Positions 30,470 through 47,274 of a DNA stretch of 64,000 bases are shown here, one piece after another; the first letter of the stretch is position 1; each line of letters opens with the position of its first letter. Location: the NCBI RefSeq assembly GCF_009914755.1, contig NC_060925.1. One strand, written 5' to 3'. The position numbers were made by a program, and so were the translations under genes. Origin of the DNA: the human T2T-CHM13v2.0 reference genome, Homo sapiens. Below the pieces are notes generated by a model. The model had not been told where the DNA came from, ran no database searches, and worked only from the letters and a program-made list of their open reading frames with translations.

Positions 30470-32115
30470 TGACTTATCACAGGCCTGGAGGCCTAGGAGA
30501 GGAGAATGGCTTCATGAGCCAGGCTCAGGGCCCTGCTCCTCTGTGCAGCCTTGGGACATAGCTCCCTGCATCCTGGCCTCTCCAGCTTCAGCCATGGCTC
30601 CAAGAGGCCCAGATATAGCTTGTCTGCTGCTTCAGAGAATGCAAGTGATTAGCCTGGCTGGTTTCCTCATGGTATTAAGCTGGCTGATGCACAGAGTACA
30701 AGAGTTGAGGCTTGGGAGCCTCTGCCTAGATTTCAGAGGATGTATCTGAAATGTATGGGAAAGCCTGGATGTTTAGGCAGAAGACTGCTGCAGGGGTAGA
30801 GCCCTCATGGAGAACCTCTACTAGGGAAGTGCAGAGGGAAAATGTGAGGTTGGTGGCCCCACAGAGTTCTCACTGGGGCACTGCCTCTTGGAGCTGTGAG
30901 AAGAGGGCTGAAGGGGTGGCCTGCCCCTCCACACTTGTGGGAGTTTCTCGTCGGGTGGAATGAGAGACTTAAGAAAAGAAAGAGACACAGAGACAAAGTA
31001 TAGAGAAAGAAAAATGGGCCCAGGGAACCGGTGCTCGGCATACGGAGGACCCACGCCGGCACCAGTCTCTGAGTTCCCTTAGTACTTATTGATCATTATC
31101 GGGCGTTTCTCGGAGAGGGGGATGTGGCAGGACAATAGGGTAATAGTGGAGAGAAGGTCAGCAGGAAAACATGTGAACAAATGTCTCTGTATCATAAACA
31201 AGGTAAAGAAAAAAGTGCTGTGCTTTTGATGTGCATATACATAAATATCTCAATGCCTTAAAGAGCAGTATTGCTGCCAGCATGTCCCACCTCCAGCCCT
31301 AAGGCAGTTTTCCCCTATCTCGGTAGATGGAATATACAATCGGGCTTTACACCGAGACATTCCATTGCCCAGGGATGAGCAGGAGACAGATGCCTTCCTC
31401 TTATCTCAACTGCAAAGAGGCCTTCCTTCCTCTTTTACTAATCCTCCTCAGCACAGACCCTTTACGGGTGTCGGGCTGGGGGATGGTCAGGTCTTTCCCT
31501 TCTCATGAAGCCATATTTCAGACTATCACATGGGGAGAAACCTTGGACAATACCTGGCTTTCCTAGGCAGAGGTCCTTGTGGCCTTCCGCAGTGTATTGT
31601 GTCTCTGGGTACTTGAGATTAGGGAGTGGTGATGACCCTTAACGAGCATGCTGCCTTCAAGCATTTGTTTAACAAAGCACATCCTGCACAGCCCTTAATC
31701 CATTTAACCCTGAGTTGGCACAGCACATGTTTCAGGGAGCACAGGGTTGGGGGTAGGGTTACAGATTAATACCATCTCAAGGCAGAAGAATTTTTCTTAG
31801 TACAGAACAAAATGGAGTCTCTTATGTCTACTTCTTTCTACACAGACAGAGTAACAGTCTGATCTCTCTTTCTTTTCCCCATAGAGGGCCACCATCCTCC
31901 AGACCCCAGAATGGTAGATCCACTGGCAGCTTGCACCATGTGCCTGCAAAAGCTGCAGGCACTCAAAGCTAGACCTTGAGAGCAGCTGCTGGGGCTGAAT
32001 CCTGCAAAGCCACAGGGCTGGAGCTGCCAAGGCCTTGGGAGCCCACACACTGCGTCACTGTGTCCCAGATTGGAGTCAGAGGAGATTATTTTGGAGCTTT
32101 AATTTTTAATGACTG
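30470..32115 (+). mobile_element. MaLR (THE1/MST) internal fragment, split by the LTR5 insertion
   Basis: aggcctggaggcctaggag...ggagctgtgagaagagggc|caccatcctccagacccc; paralogous to 33310-33950. Confidence 0.85.
30909..31883 (-). mobile_element. HERV-K(HML-2) solo LTR, LTR5A/LTR5B type
   Basis: tgaaggggtggcctgcccctcc...tctctctttcttttccccata; 975 bp; perfect 6-bp TSD GAGGGC at 30903-30908 and 31884-31889. Confidence 0.93.
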
Positions 32116-32159
32116 CAGGGCAGTCATTAAATTTTTTTTATATAATTTTTTTACATAAA

Positions 32160-34848
<2,689 letters not shown>

Positions 34849-35161
34849 GGCCAGGTGTGGTGGCTCACACCTGTAATCCCAGCACTTTGGGAGGCCGAGG
34901 TGGGTGAATCACCTGAGGTCAGGAATTCAAGGCCAGCCTGGCCAACATGGTGAAACCCAGTCTTTACTAAAAATACAAAAATTAGCCAGGCGTGGTGGTG
35001 GGTGCCTGTAATCCCAGCTACTTGGGAGGCTGAGTCAGGAGAATATCTTGAACCCAGGAGGTGGAGGTTGCAGTGAGCCTAGATCGTGCCATTGCACTCC
35101 AGCCTGCTTGACAGAGTGAGACTCTGAAAAAAAAAAGAAAGAAAGAAAGAAAGAAAGAAAA
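34849..35161 (+). mobile_element. AluSx-like with a (GAAA)n tail
   Basis: Full dimer. Confidence 0.93.
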
Positions 35162-35875
35162 TAGACTCCCCCAAGAAGTCATCCTATCAAGATATTTCAA
35201 ATTATACTCCTGATCCTAGATATTGGTTATTAAACCATCAGTCTCCATCTTCAATAGGTTTATAATTTGGGGTGGGAGAAAATAGTTCCCATTTATTGAG
35301 GTCATACTCCATGCATCTTACTCCATATATAATTATCACAATGTAGTACACTCTTTTCAAAGCTTGTTTTTTGAAATATGCATATTAGGTCTTTGGGTGT
35401 ATTATATAATATTATGTGAAAAAACCTTTCCTTGAGCAATTACATTTGAGAAATGCTATGCTAAAGTTAAAGAGGTTTCTTTACTCCAGCAATTCTCCAT
35501 CTTTAATAAGCAACTGTGCATTATCAATTTCTATGAGAGGGCTATAATAAGCATTTACTGGACCATGGATCTAACTTCCCATCTTCTCCGTAGACACTGT
35601 CTCTTTTATCCTGAAACTAAATGACACATTTTCTAAAGAATACACTATGAAAAAATGTAAATTAGCATTATATGTTCCATTTCAAGATGGAAATAAGCTA
35701 TATTACAAGACAATACTGCAAAATAGGCTGTTTCCTGATTACAACCACATAGTAAGATGACTTTCATTATTTTGCTAACTCCAATAGGGAACATAAAGAT
35801 AATAAAATGGTTTGTTGCAAATAAATAAACCCAGATTAAGTAACAAGAAATGCTTATCTCATGTACTTACATATA

Positions 35876-36436
35876 CAATAGTCCTCCCTTATATGTGGTT
35901 TTGCTTTCCAGTTTCAGTTACTAGTGGCCAATGACAGTCTAAAAATATTAAATAAAAAATTTCAGAAATAATCTGTAAATTTTAAATTGCACATCATATT
36001 GAATAGTGTGATGAAATCTCACAGTATCCCACTTTGCCCAACTCTGTCCTGCTTAGGATGTGCATTATTCCTTGTCCACCATCTTCATGCTGTCTGTAAT
36101 CCTCCCCTTAGTCAGTTAGTAGCCTACTCTGTTATCCCTCTTAGTTTTTAGATCGACTGTCAATGTATCACAGTTCTTACGTTCAAGTAAGCCTTATACT
36201 ACTTAATAATATCCCCAAAGCACAAGAGTGGTGATGCTGGCATATTGTTAAAACTGCTCTATTTTATTACTAGTTATTGTTGTAAATCTCTTACTGTGCC
36301 TGATTTATAAATTAAACTTTATCATAGGTATGCATAGGAAGAAACATATTGTTTTTAGGGTGTCGTGCTATCTGTGGTTTCAGGCATCTATGGAGGGTTT
36401 TGTAATGTACCCCTCATGGATAAGGAAAGACTACTC
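35876..36436 (+). mobile_element. MER44 (Tigger7-derived) DNA transposon
   Basis: TIR-like ends caatagtcctcccttat / ggataaggaaagactactc, TA flanks, gtgatgaaatctcac internal motif. Confidence 0.8.
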
Positions 36437-39400
36437 TAACAGATTTTAAAGGATTTTCAGTGATTTTAGAAACAATCCCTAATTATTCTTGCTGAGAACC
36501 CACTATCTATTGTAACAGAGAAACAATTTCTACTCTAGTGCTATCTTTATTCTGTTCTGTACTGTATGTCCCATGTGAGTCTCATCCCACATAATATGAT
36601 CTGTCAGTTTTCTCCTCTAGGGCTTTTATTACAAAGCCAGTCTTTGATTACTCACTTACTCAAAGTGCAGTCTTTTAAGTATCAACTTCTTATTAACAGT
36701 CTATTTTTCAAGTCCAACAGAGCTTAAAGGAAAAAAAGTCTTTTATTTTATTTATTTTTAAATGCAAGCATTCCCATATTTATTTCAGACCTTGATAATT
36801 AATACACTGAGATCACAAATCTTATTTTAAGATAGAATACTTTTCTATGAAGGATATCAGCTCAATTATTTATTTTATTTATCTTTTTTCATTTTTTAAA
36901 AACAGCATCTGTTTTCTTAAGTTTTCATGATCCAGATAAAAAGCTCTTCTTTCCACGCATCTCATCATGCAATTGACCTACTTGTACACAGAATCAGAAG
37001 ATTAATGTTGAACTTATTTCCATAACAGTGTAAGGTCCAACTACAAGCCACACAAAATAAATGTTAGTTGAGTAACATTATAAAAGTGGTAGTGATAGTT
37101 CTAAAATGCCTGTACAAAGGAAACTTGTCCACAGCTAAAGCCAAAAAAAACCCCAAAAAAACAAAAACCCAAGAAACAAAACAAACAAATGGAAAAAAAA
37201 AAGAAAAAAATAAGGAAACCACTTGAAATGAAACAGTCTTATAAATTTCTTATGTAAACACCCTTATTTTCTGTAGTTTGTACCCAGAATCTAGTTTCTG
37301 GTGGAATCTTGAAGTACATAGTAAATATTAATTAACAAATCCATACTACACTTCCTGGGTAATTAAAAAGAAAAGTGTGTAGGGATCCAGGCAGTTCATG
37401 GAATTTAAAGATGAGTACTTGGACTATAGGATCAGTCATAGCAATGACGTGTTGTGAAGAAAAGTATCAAAAAAAGTATTTTATAAAAAGATATGCTTTA
37501 TCCTAATATATTCAGCAAACCACTGGCTGCCTTTTTATTTGCATTAACATATAGAAACGACTTCCTGATGTAACAGTTCTCTTCTACATGTTGTGTTAGT
37601 GAGGGGCTTATTTTAAATTTTCTTTGGAAAATTCTGCTTGGATTCTGAATTGAAAATAGACAATCCTGTCTCTATGTAGAAATCACAGATGTCATGAGAT
37701 TAAAAATCCTTTGCTAGCTGTAGTTCCTTAGTATTATGGTTAAATCCCTTCAGTCTCTAGATTAATATAACAGACTTGTAATAAAATTTTCAGATGTGCT
37801 GTGCCTGTGCAAGGAGTAGAAGAAACAAAGACAAATAAAGACATTTTGGGCCCAATTCTGTGTAGCTACGGGTATATATTGTCTCTGTTTTTCAAATAGG
37901 GTTATTAGATCATTTAGGAAACAAAAATAGCAAATCTTCAGAGGGAAGGCACCGAGAGTGGATGGAGGGAAAACACAGAAGCCGAATTGAAGGGGAAGGA
38001 AACCAGGAATCTTGCATGAGGCTACCACACACCAGGACTTGTTCCTGGTCTCCAGCAACTCTACGGCAACAGATGAGTGGAACTGGCAAGAAGCAACCTG
38101 CTGTCCCCTCGAGCCTCTGGAATCCTGGCAGGAGGTGACCCCTTGACCACCATGGACACTTGAGTTGGCAGGGAGAGCTGCTTAGAGAAGTGATGGGGCA
38201 GCAGGCCAGCTAATATGAAGCCCAGAGGGTTTGGTGCGGGAGCGTCAGTAGTGGAGCACGGCCAGGACACCCATCCCCCTAGGCTTGACTTGCTCCCATA
38301 GGAGACTTCAGTCCTAGGAGAACTGTTGGACCTGAACTCTGCAGAGCAGTCTTGTCCATCAGATGGGGTTGGTCGGACCTGAGCAGCCCTTGATCTGCTG
38401 GCCTCTTCTGCAGCTCCAGCCTGGTTACACCTGCTTGCAGGTAATCCAGAGCACCCTGGGGGCCTGCATCATAGCTTCTGTGCTGGTGGACTGTGCCTGA
38501 CTGGCAGAGAGCTCAGCGGGGTGGCCCCCACAGCCACAAGCCAGCCTGCCTGCTCTCTCCCTGCATTGCAGCTTCCCCCCAGCCCATGACAATGCCCCAC
38601 ATCTTTGCTGGCAGTATGTGCATAGGTGGGTTTTGCTTTCCTTGCCCTGCCAATGCACCTGTGTGCATGCACCCTGCCCTGCCACTGCTGCAGCAGAAGT
38701 GCAGTCCTCTCCCCAACCCCCTATTGACTGCCATTGCAGTCAGAGCCTTGGTGGGCACTGAGGGCCCACCCCAACCCCACCAACACCCTGCCCATGCATC
38801 AACACTGCCAGCCCCAGCCCCACCAGCACCCCACCCATGCATCAACACTGCCAAGGAGCAAAACTAGGCATGGAGAACAGCGGACCCTCCCCAACATGGA
38901 ACAACCGCCCCTGCATGCGATGCACAGAAAAAGCACACACCAGCACCCCGCCCCTGTGCTAACACCACCACCAGTGTGACTGCACACACAGTTGCCAGCA
39001 GGGCCTTCCTGCCCCAATGAGCAGGGCAAATGAAGAGGGATCCCACTGTCATTATACTACGAACACTTTGGCTGACACCACCCATCAAAGTGTAGTGACC
39101 ACAGATCCAGGAGCACCTAGGGTCCCCCCACAACACAGTGGATTTCTAACCTAGAGGAGCCAGAGAACAAAGTCTGGTCCAATACAAGTTCCCCAGAGGT
39201 AGAACAGGAGTTGGGAGCTGAGCATGGGTCCCCTAAAATCTTCCAGATATGAAGGCAGTTGGCTGAATCCACCTTATACCACAATCAAACTCTAAAGGTC
39301 ATCAAATGGAACCTTGATGGTCAGCAACCTCAAAGACTGAAGGTAGATAAGCCCATAAAGATGAGAAACAACCACCTCAAGGACTCTGACAACACAAAAG

Positions 39401-40134
39401 GCCAGAATGCCTTCTTTCCTCCAAATGACCACACCATCTCTCCAGCAAGGGTTCTGAACTGGGCTAAGATGGCTAAAATGACAGAAATCGAATTCAGAAT
39501 ATGGACAGGAACAAAGATAATTGAGATGCAGCAGTATGTTGAAACCCAATACAAGGAAGCTAGGAATCACAATAAAACAATGCAGGAGGTGACAGACAAA
39601 ATAGCCAGTATTTAAAAGAATATAACCAAACTGATGGAGCTGAAAAAACACACTACAAGAATTTCATAATGCAATCACAAGTATTAATAGCAGAACAGAC
39701 CAAGCAGAGGAAAGAATCTCAGAGCTTGAAAACTGGCTTTCTGAAATAAGACAGTCAGACAAAAATAGAGAATAAAGAATGTAAAGGAACAAGCAAAACT
39801 TCTAAAAAATATGAGATTATGTAAACTGACTAAATCTATGACTCATTGTTATCCCTGAAAGAGATGAGGAGAGTATAAGCAACTTGGAAAACACATATCA
39901 GGATATCATCCAAAAGAACTTCCCCAGCCTAGCTAGGGAGGCCAACATTCAAATTAAGGAAATGCAGAGAACCCCAGTACAACGCTCCCCAGGAAGATCA
40001 TCCCCAAGACACATAATCGTCAGATTCTCCAAGGTCAAAATGAAAGAAAAAATGTTAAAGGCAGCTAGGGAGAAGGGTCAGGTAAAAAGGGAAGCCCATC
40101 AGACTTCCCTTTGGACTTTTCAGCAGAAATCCTA

Positions 40135-40521
<387 letters not shown>

Positions 40522-40990
40522 TCAAACTAAGTTTCATAAGTGAAAAAGAAATAAGACCCTTTTCAGGCATGCAAATACTGAGGGAATTTGTTACCCCTGA
40601 CCTGCCTTACAACAGCAACTCAGGTAAGCACTAAATATGGAAAGGAAAGACCGTTACCAGCCACCTCAAAATCACACTGAAGTACACACACCAGTAACAC
40701 TGTAAAGCAACCACATTAACAAGTCTGCATAACAACCACCCAACATCATGATGACAGAATCAAATCCATACATATATCAGTACTAACCTTAAATGTAAAT
40801 TGGCTAAATGAACCACTTAAAAGGCACAGAATGGCAAGCTGAATAAACAACCAGGACCCAGTGGTATGCTGTCTTCAACAGACCCATCTCACATGCAATG
40901 ATACCCATAGGCTCAAAATAAAGGCATGGAGAAAAATCTACCAAACAAATGGAAAAACAGAGAAAAGCAAAGTTTGCAGTTCTAATTTCA

Positions 40991-41378
<388 letters not shown>

Positions 41379-41602
41379 TTAAACAAGAAGATCTAACTAT
41401 CGTAAATATATGTGCACCCTATACAAGAGCACCCATATTCAAAAAGCAGGTTTTCAGAGACCTTCAAAGAGACTTAGACTCCATTGCAATAATAGTGGGA
41501 GACTTTAACATCCCCTCTGACAGTATTAGATCATTGAGGTAGAAAATTAACAAAGATATTCAGGACCTGAACTCAGCACTGGATCAAATGGTGATAGACA
41601 TC

Positions 41603-41990
41603 TGATACAGTTTGGGTCTGTGTCCCCATCCAAATCTCATGTCGAATTATAATCCCCAGTGTCGGAGGTTGGGCCTGGTGGGAGGTGACTGAATCATGGG
41701 GGCAGATTTCCCGCCTGATGTTTTCATGATAGCGGGTGAGTACTCCCAAAATCTGTTTTTTTTAAAATGTGTGTGGCACCTCCACCTACCCTCTCTTCCT
41801 TCTGCTCCTGCCATGTAACATGTGCTTGCTTCTCCTTCACCTTCTGTGATGATTGTAAGTTTCCTGAAGTTTTCCAAGTCATGCTTTCTTTACAGCCTGC
41901 AGAACTGGGAGCCAATTAAGTCTCTTTTAAAAAAATAAATTACCCAGTTTCACGTATTTCTTTATAGCAGTGTGAAAATGGACTAATACA
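41603..41990 (+). mobile_element. MSTA-like solo LTR nested in L1 ORF2
   Basis: tgatacagtttgg...gactaataca; 5-bp TSD ACATC. Confidence 0.9.
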
Positions 41991-44900
41991 ACATCTGTAG
42001 AACTCTCCACTCCAAAACAACAGAATACACATTCTTCTCATTGCCACATGGCACATACTCTGTAATTGATCACATAATTGGACGTAAATCACTTCTCAGC
42101 AAATGCAAAATAACTGAAATGATAACAACCAATCTCTTGGATCATAGTACAATCAAATTAGAAATGTAGACTAAGAAATTTACTCAAAACTATGCAATTA
42201 CATGGAAATTGAATAACCTGCTCTGAATAACTTTTGGATAAATAATGAAATTAAGGCAGAAATCAAGAAGTTCTTTGAAACTAATGAGAACAAAGATACA
42301 ACATACCAGAATCTCTGGGACACAGCTCAGACAGTGTTACGAGGAAAGTTTATAGCACTAAATGTCCACATCAAAAAGTTAGATATATCTCAACTTAACA
42401 ACTTAACATCACAACTAAAAGAACTAGAGAACCAAGAGAAAACCAACCTGAAAGTTAGCAGAAGACAAGGAATAACCAAAAACAGAGCTGAACTGAAGGA
42501 GATTGAGACACCCCCAAAATATTCAAAAGATCAGTAAATCCAGTAGCTGGTTTTTTGAAAAAATTAATAAAATACATAAAATGTTGACTAGACTAATAAA
42601 GAAAAAAAGAGAGAAGATCCAAACCCAATTAGAAAAGACTAAGGGGATATTACCGCTGACCCCACAGAATACTATAAACACCTCTATGCACATAAACTGG
42701 AAAATCTAGAAGAAATGACTAAATTCCTGGACACATACACCCTCCCAAGACTGAACCAGGAAGAAGCTGAATCCCTGAGCAGACTAATATTGAGCTCTGA
42801 AATTGAGGCAGTAATAAATAGCCTACCAACCAAAAAAAAAATCCCAGGACCAGATGGGTTCACAGCTAAATTCTACCAGATGTACAAAGAGGAGCCGGTA
42901 CCATTCCTACTGAAAGTATTCCAAAAAATTGAAAAGGAAGGACTCTTCCCTAACTCATTCTATGAGGCCAGCATTATCCTGATACCATAACTTGACAGAG
43001 ACAGAACAGAAAAAGAAAACTTTAGGCCAATATACTTGGTGAACATTAATGCAAAAATCCTTACCAAAATATTGGCAAATCGAATCCTGCAGCACATCAA
43101 AAAGCTAATCCACCATGATCAAGTCAGCTTTATCCCTGGGACGCAAGGTTGGTTCACCATACACAAATCAATAAATGTGTTTCATCACATAAACAGAACT
43201 AAAGACAAAAACCACATGATTATCTCAATAGGTGTATAAAAGTCTTTCAATAAAATTCAACGTCTTTTCAGGTTAAAAATTCTCAATAAACTAGGTATTG
43301 AAGGAACATACCTCAAAATAGTAAGAGTCATCTATGACAAACCCACAGCCAACAACATACTAAATGGACACAAGCTGGAAACATTCCCCTTGAAGACTGG
43401 CACAATTCAATGAGTATTGGAAGTCCTGGCCAGAGCAATCAGGCAAGAGAAAGAAATAAAGGACATCCAAAGAGGAAGAAAGGAATTCAAACTATCTGTT
43501 TGCAGATGACACGATCCTGTATCTAGAATATCCTGTATCATAGTCTCTGCCCAAGAGCTCTTCAATCTGATAAACAACTTCAGCAAAATGTCAGGATATA
43601 AAATCAATGTGCAAAAATCACTAGCATTCATATACACCAAGAACAATCAAGCCAAGAACCAAATCAGAAACACAATCCCATTTACAACTGCCATGAAGAT
43701 GATAAAATACCTAGTGACACAGCTAATCAGGGAGGTGAAAGATCTCCACAAGGAGAACTACAAAACACTGCTCAAAAAAAAATCAAAGATGACACAAACA
43801 AATGGAAAAACATTTCATGCCCATGGATAGGAAGAAACAATATCATCAAAATTGCCATACTGCCCAAGCAATTTATAGATTCAATGCTATTCCTATTAAA
43901 TTACCAATGACATTCTTCACAGAATGAGAAAAAACTAATTTAAAATTCATATGGAAACAAAAAAGAGCATAAATAACCAAGGCAATCCAACGCAAAAAGA
44001 ACAAAGCCAGAGGAATCATGCTACCTGCCTTTAAACTATACTAGAGTACTACAGTAATCAAAATGCACGCTATTGGTAGAAAAACAGACACATAGACCAA
44101 TGGAACATAATAGAGGGCCTAAAAAGAAAGCCACACACCTACAACTATGTAATCATCAACAAAGCTGACAAAAATAAGCAATGGGAAAAGGACTCCCTAT
44201 TCAATAAATGGTGCTTGGATAATTGGCTAGCCATATGCAGAAGATTGAAACTGGACCCCTTCCTTATACCATATACAAAAATTAGCATGGCTTAAAGACT
44301 TAAATGTAAAACTCAAAGATATAAAAATGTGGGAAGACAACCTAGGCAATACCATTCTGGACATAGGAATGGGCAACAATCCCATGATGAAGACATCAAA
44401 AGCAATTGCAACAAAAGTGAACATTGAAAAATGGATCTAATTAAACTAAAGTACTTCTGCACAGCAAAATAAACTATCAATAGAGTAAACAGACAAACTA
44501 CAGAATGGGAGAAAATATTTGCAAACTATGCATCTGACAAAGGTCTAATATCCAGCATCTATAAGGAGCTTAAACAAATTTACAAGAAAAAAAACATTAA
44601 AATGTGGGCAAAGGACATAGACATTTTTCAAAAGAAGACATACATGTGGCCAAAAAGCATATGAAAAAAAGCTCAACATTACTGATCATTAGAGAAATGC
44701 AAACCAAAACCACAGTGAGATGCCATCTCATACCCGTCAGAATGGCTACTATTAAAAAGTCAAAATATAACAGATGCTGGTGAGGTTGTGGAGAAAAAAG
44801 AATGCTCATACACTGTTGGTGAGAGGGTAAATTAGTTCAACCATTGTGGAAAACACTGTGGTGATTCCGCAAAGACCTAAAGACAGAAATACTATTTGAC

Positions 44901-45904
44901 CCATCAATTCCACTGGTATATACTCAGTAATGGGATTGATGGGTTGAATAGTATTTCTCTTTTTAGGTCTTTGAATATAAGAAATAAAAGTCATTCTATC
45001 AAAAAGACACATGCACATGTATGTTCATTGCAGCACTATTCACAATACAAAGATATAAAATCAACCTAAATGCCCGTCAATGGTAGATTGAATAAAGAAA
45101 ATGTGATACATATACACCATGGAATACTATATAGTCATAAAAAAGAATGAGAGCATGTCCTTTGCAGGGACATGAATGGAGCTGGATGGAGACTATTATC
45201 CTTAGCAAACTAATGCAGGAACATAAAACCAAATACCACATGTTCTCACTTATAAGTGGCAGCTAAATGATGTGAACAAATGGACTCATGGGGGAAACAA
45301 CACACACTGAGGCCTATCAGAAGGTGGAGCTTGGGAGGAGGGAGATAATCAGGAAAATAACTAGTGGGTACTAGGTGAAATACCTGGGTGATAAAATAAT
45401 CTGTACAACAAATCCCCATGACACAAGTTTACCAATAAAACAAACCTGCACATGTACCCTTGAATGTAAAATAAAAGTTAAAAAAATTTTTTTAAATGGG
45501 CACATTTGATGAAAATTTATAAACCAAGTGAGAAAAGATATGGCAGAAGTTTGAATCTCAAAAATCCATATCTTAGTTTAAATTTTGTATTAGATAGATT
45601 CTCACACTTGTCTCTCACAAGTGTGAGAATATTTGTAGCATAAATTTCTAGCAGTAGAATTACAAGGCCAAGGACATGTGCTTTTAATTTTAAGAGCTAT
45701 TGCTCAATTGTCTTTCATGAATGTTATTGTCAGTCTGCATTCCCTGTAGCAAGCAATAAAAGTGCCTCTTTCCCCAACCCTTGCCAACACGGTGAGTTAC
45801 CAAAATTTTTGATCTTTGCCAATCTGATGGATGAAAACCAATATTTCATTATAGTCTTAATTTTCATTTTGTGAAGATCTTTTCTATATTTAAGAGTCAT
45901 TCAG

Positions 45905-46506
45905 GGCCTAGTGCAGTGGCTCACGTGTGTAATCCTAGCACTTTGGGAGGCTGAGGCGGGAGGATCACATGAGGTCAGGAGTTGGAGACCAGCCTGGGCA
46001 ACATGGCAAAACCCCATCTGTACTAAACATACAAAAATTAGCCAGGTATGGTGGTACATATCTGTTATCCCAGCTACTTGGGAGGCTGAGGTATGAGAAT
46101 TACTTTAACTCAGGAGATGGAAGTTGCAGTGAGCTGAGATCGCACCACTGCACTCCAGGCTGGGTGACAGAGTGAGACTTTGTCTCCAAAAAAAAAAAAA
46201 AAGAGTCATTTAGGCCAGGCATGGTGGCTAACACCTGTAATCCTAGCACTTTGGGAGGCTGAAGCAGGAGGATCACATAAGGTCAGGAGTTTGAGATCAG
46301 TCTGGCCAACTTGGTAAAACCACATCTCTACTAAAAATACAAAAATCAGCCGGGCATGGTGGTGCATGTCTGTTATCTCAGCTACTTGGGAGGCTGAGGC
46401 AGGAGAATCACTTTAACCCAGGAGGTGGAGGTTGCAGTGAGCCGAGAGTGCGTCACTGCACTCCAGCCTGGGTGACAGAGTGAGACTCTGTCTCAAAAAA
46501 ATATAA
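45905..46506 (+). mobile_element. Two tandem Alus (45905-46200 and 46213-46506)
   Basis: Two dimers flanked and separated by three copies of aagagtcatt(c/t)a. Confidence 0.93.
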
Positions 46507-47274
46507 AAGAGTCATTTATATTTCCTTTCCTACAAACCTTCTGTCTTCTTCATTTTCCTATTGGGTGAGAAGTGACTTGGCAAAGATTTTTTTATTCAGT
46601 TGAAGACATTATTATTCTTCTATGTTCATATCCAACAGTAACACTAAATATAGATTTATTGGGCTAGGTAATTTTTAAAGGTGAAATTGGCAAAGAGTGA
46701 GTTTCATCATTTGAATGATTTAAATTTTTATTATAAAATTTTCAACCCAGGTTAAATGAACACATATCTCACAGTTATTTTTGTGCTGTAAAATGGCAGA
46801 ATTGTTTAGTATTGTACCTACGGCAAAATGTTTTAGTGAGGTTTAAATATCTTGTGATTTTACTTTCTTTCTTTCTTTTTTCTGTCATCGGGTTGGCGTG
46901 CAGTGGCACACACAATCTAGTTTAACTAGATAAAATAGTTGGATAAAAGAAAAATACATAGAGATTTCACCCAAATAATTACAGTGGTATTTATGATATT
47001 AAGCACTTTAAAAACATTTATTATGCACTGAAAGTATTCCCATGACATAGACTTCAGCATAAACATCATGCAAGTGGGTAAACTGAGATAAGTTTACTTG
47101 TTCAAAGTCAATCGACATGACCACGGTATTATAATGCTTCTCCATATGACTAGAACACCATCTTCTTCTCCGAGTTACCAGCTACTACTATGCGTTATGC
47201 TTACCGTATACTATCCAGCACTCAGGGGTACAAAGACAATTCATATTTGGTCCCTATCCCTGAAGAGATATGTT

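Noticed and set aside
31560-31883. Similarity to the SVA SINE-R region
   Set aside because: SINE-R derives from the HML-2 LTR; here there is a full LTR with a 6-bp TSD and no VNTR, hexamer repeat or poly-A tail.
38425-39136. Overlapping Pro/Gly-rich ORFs and a 43-bp tandem duplication (38769-38853)
   Set aside because: GC-rich L1 5'UTR with few stop codons; an ordinary local duplication.
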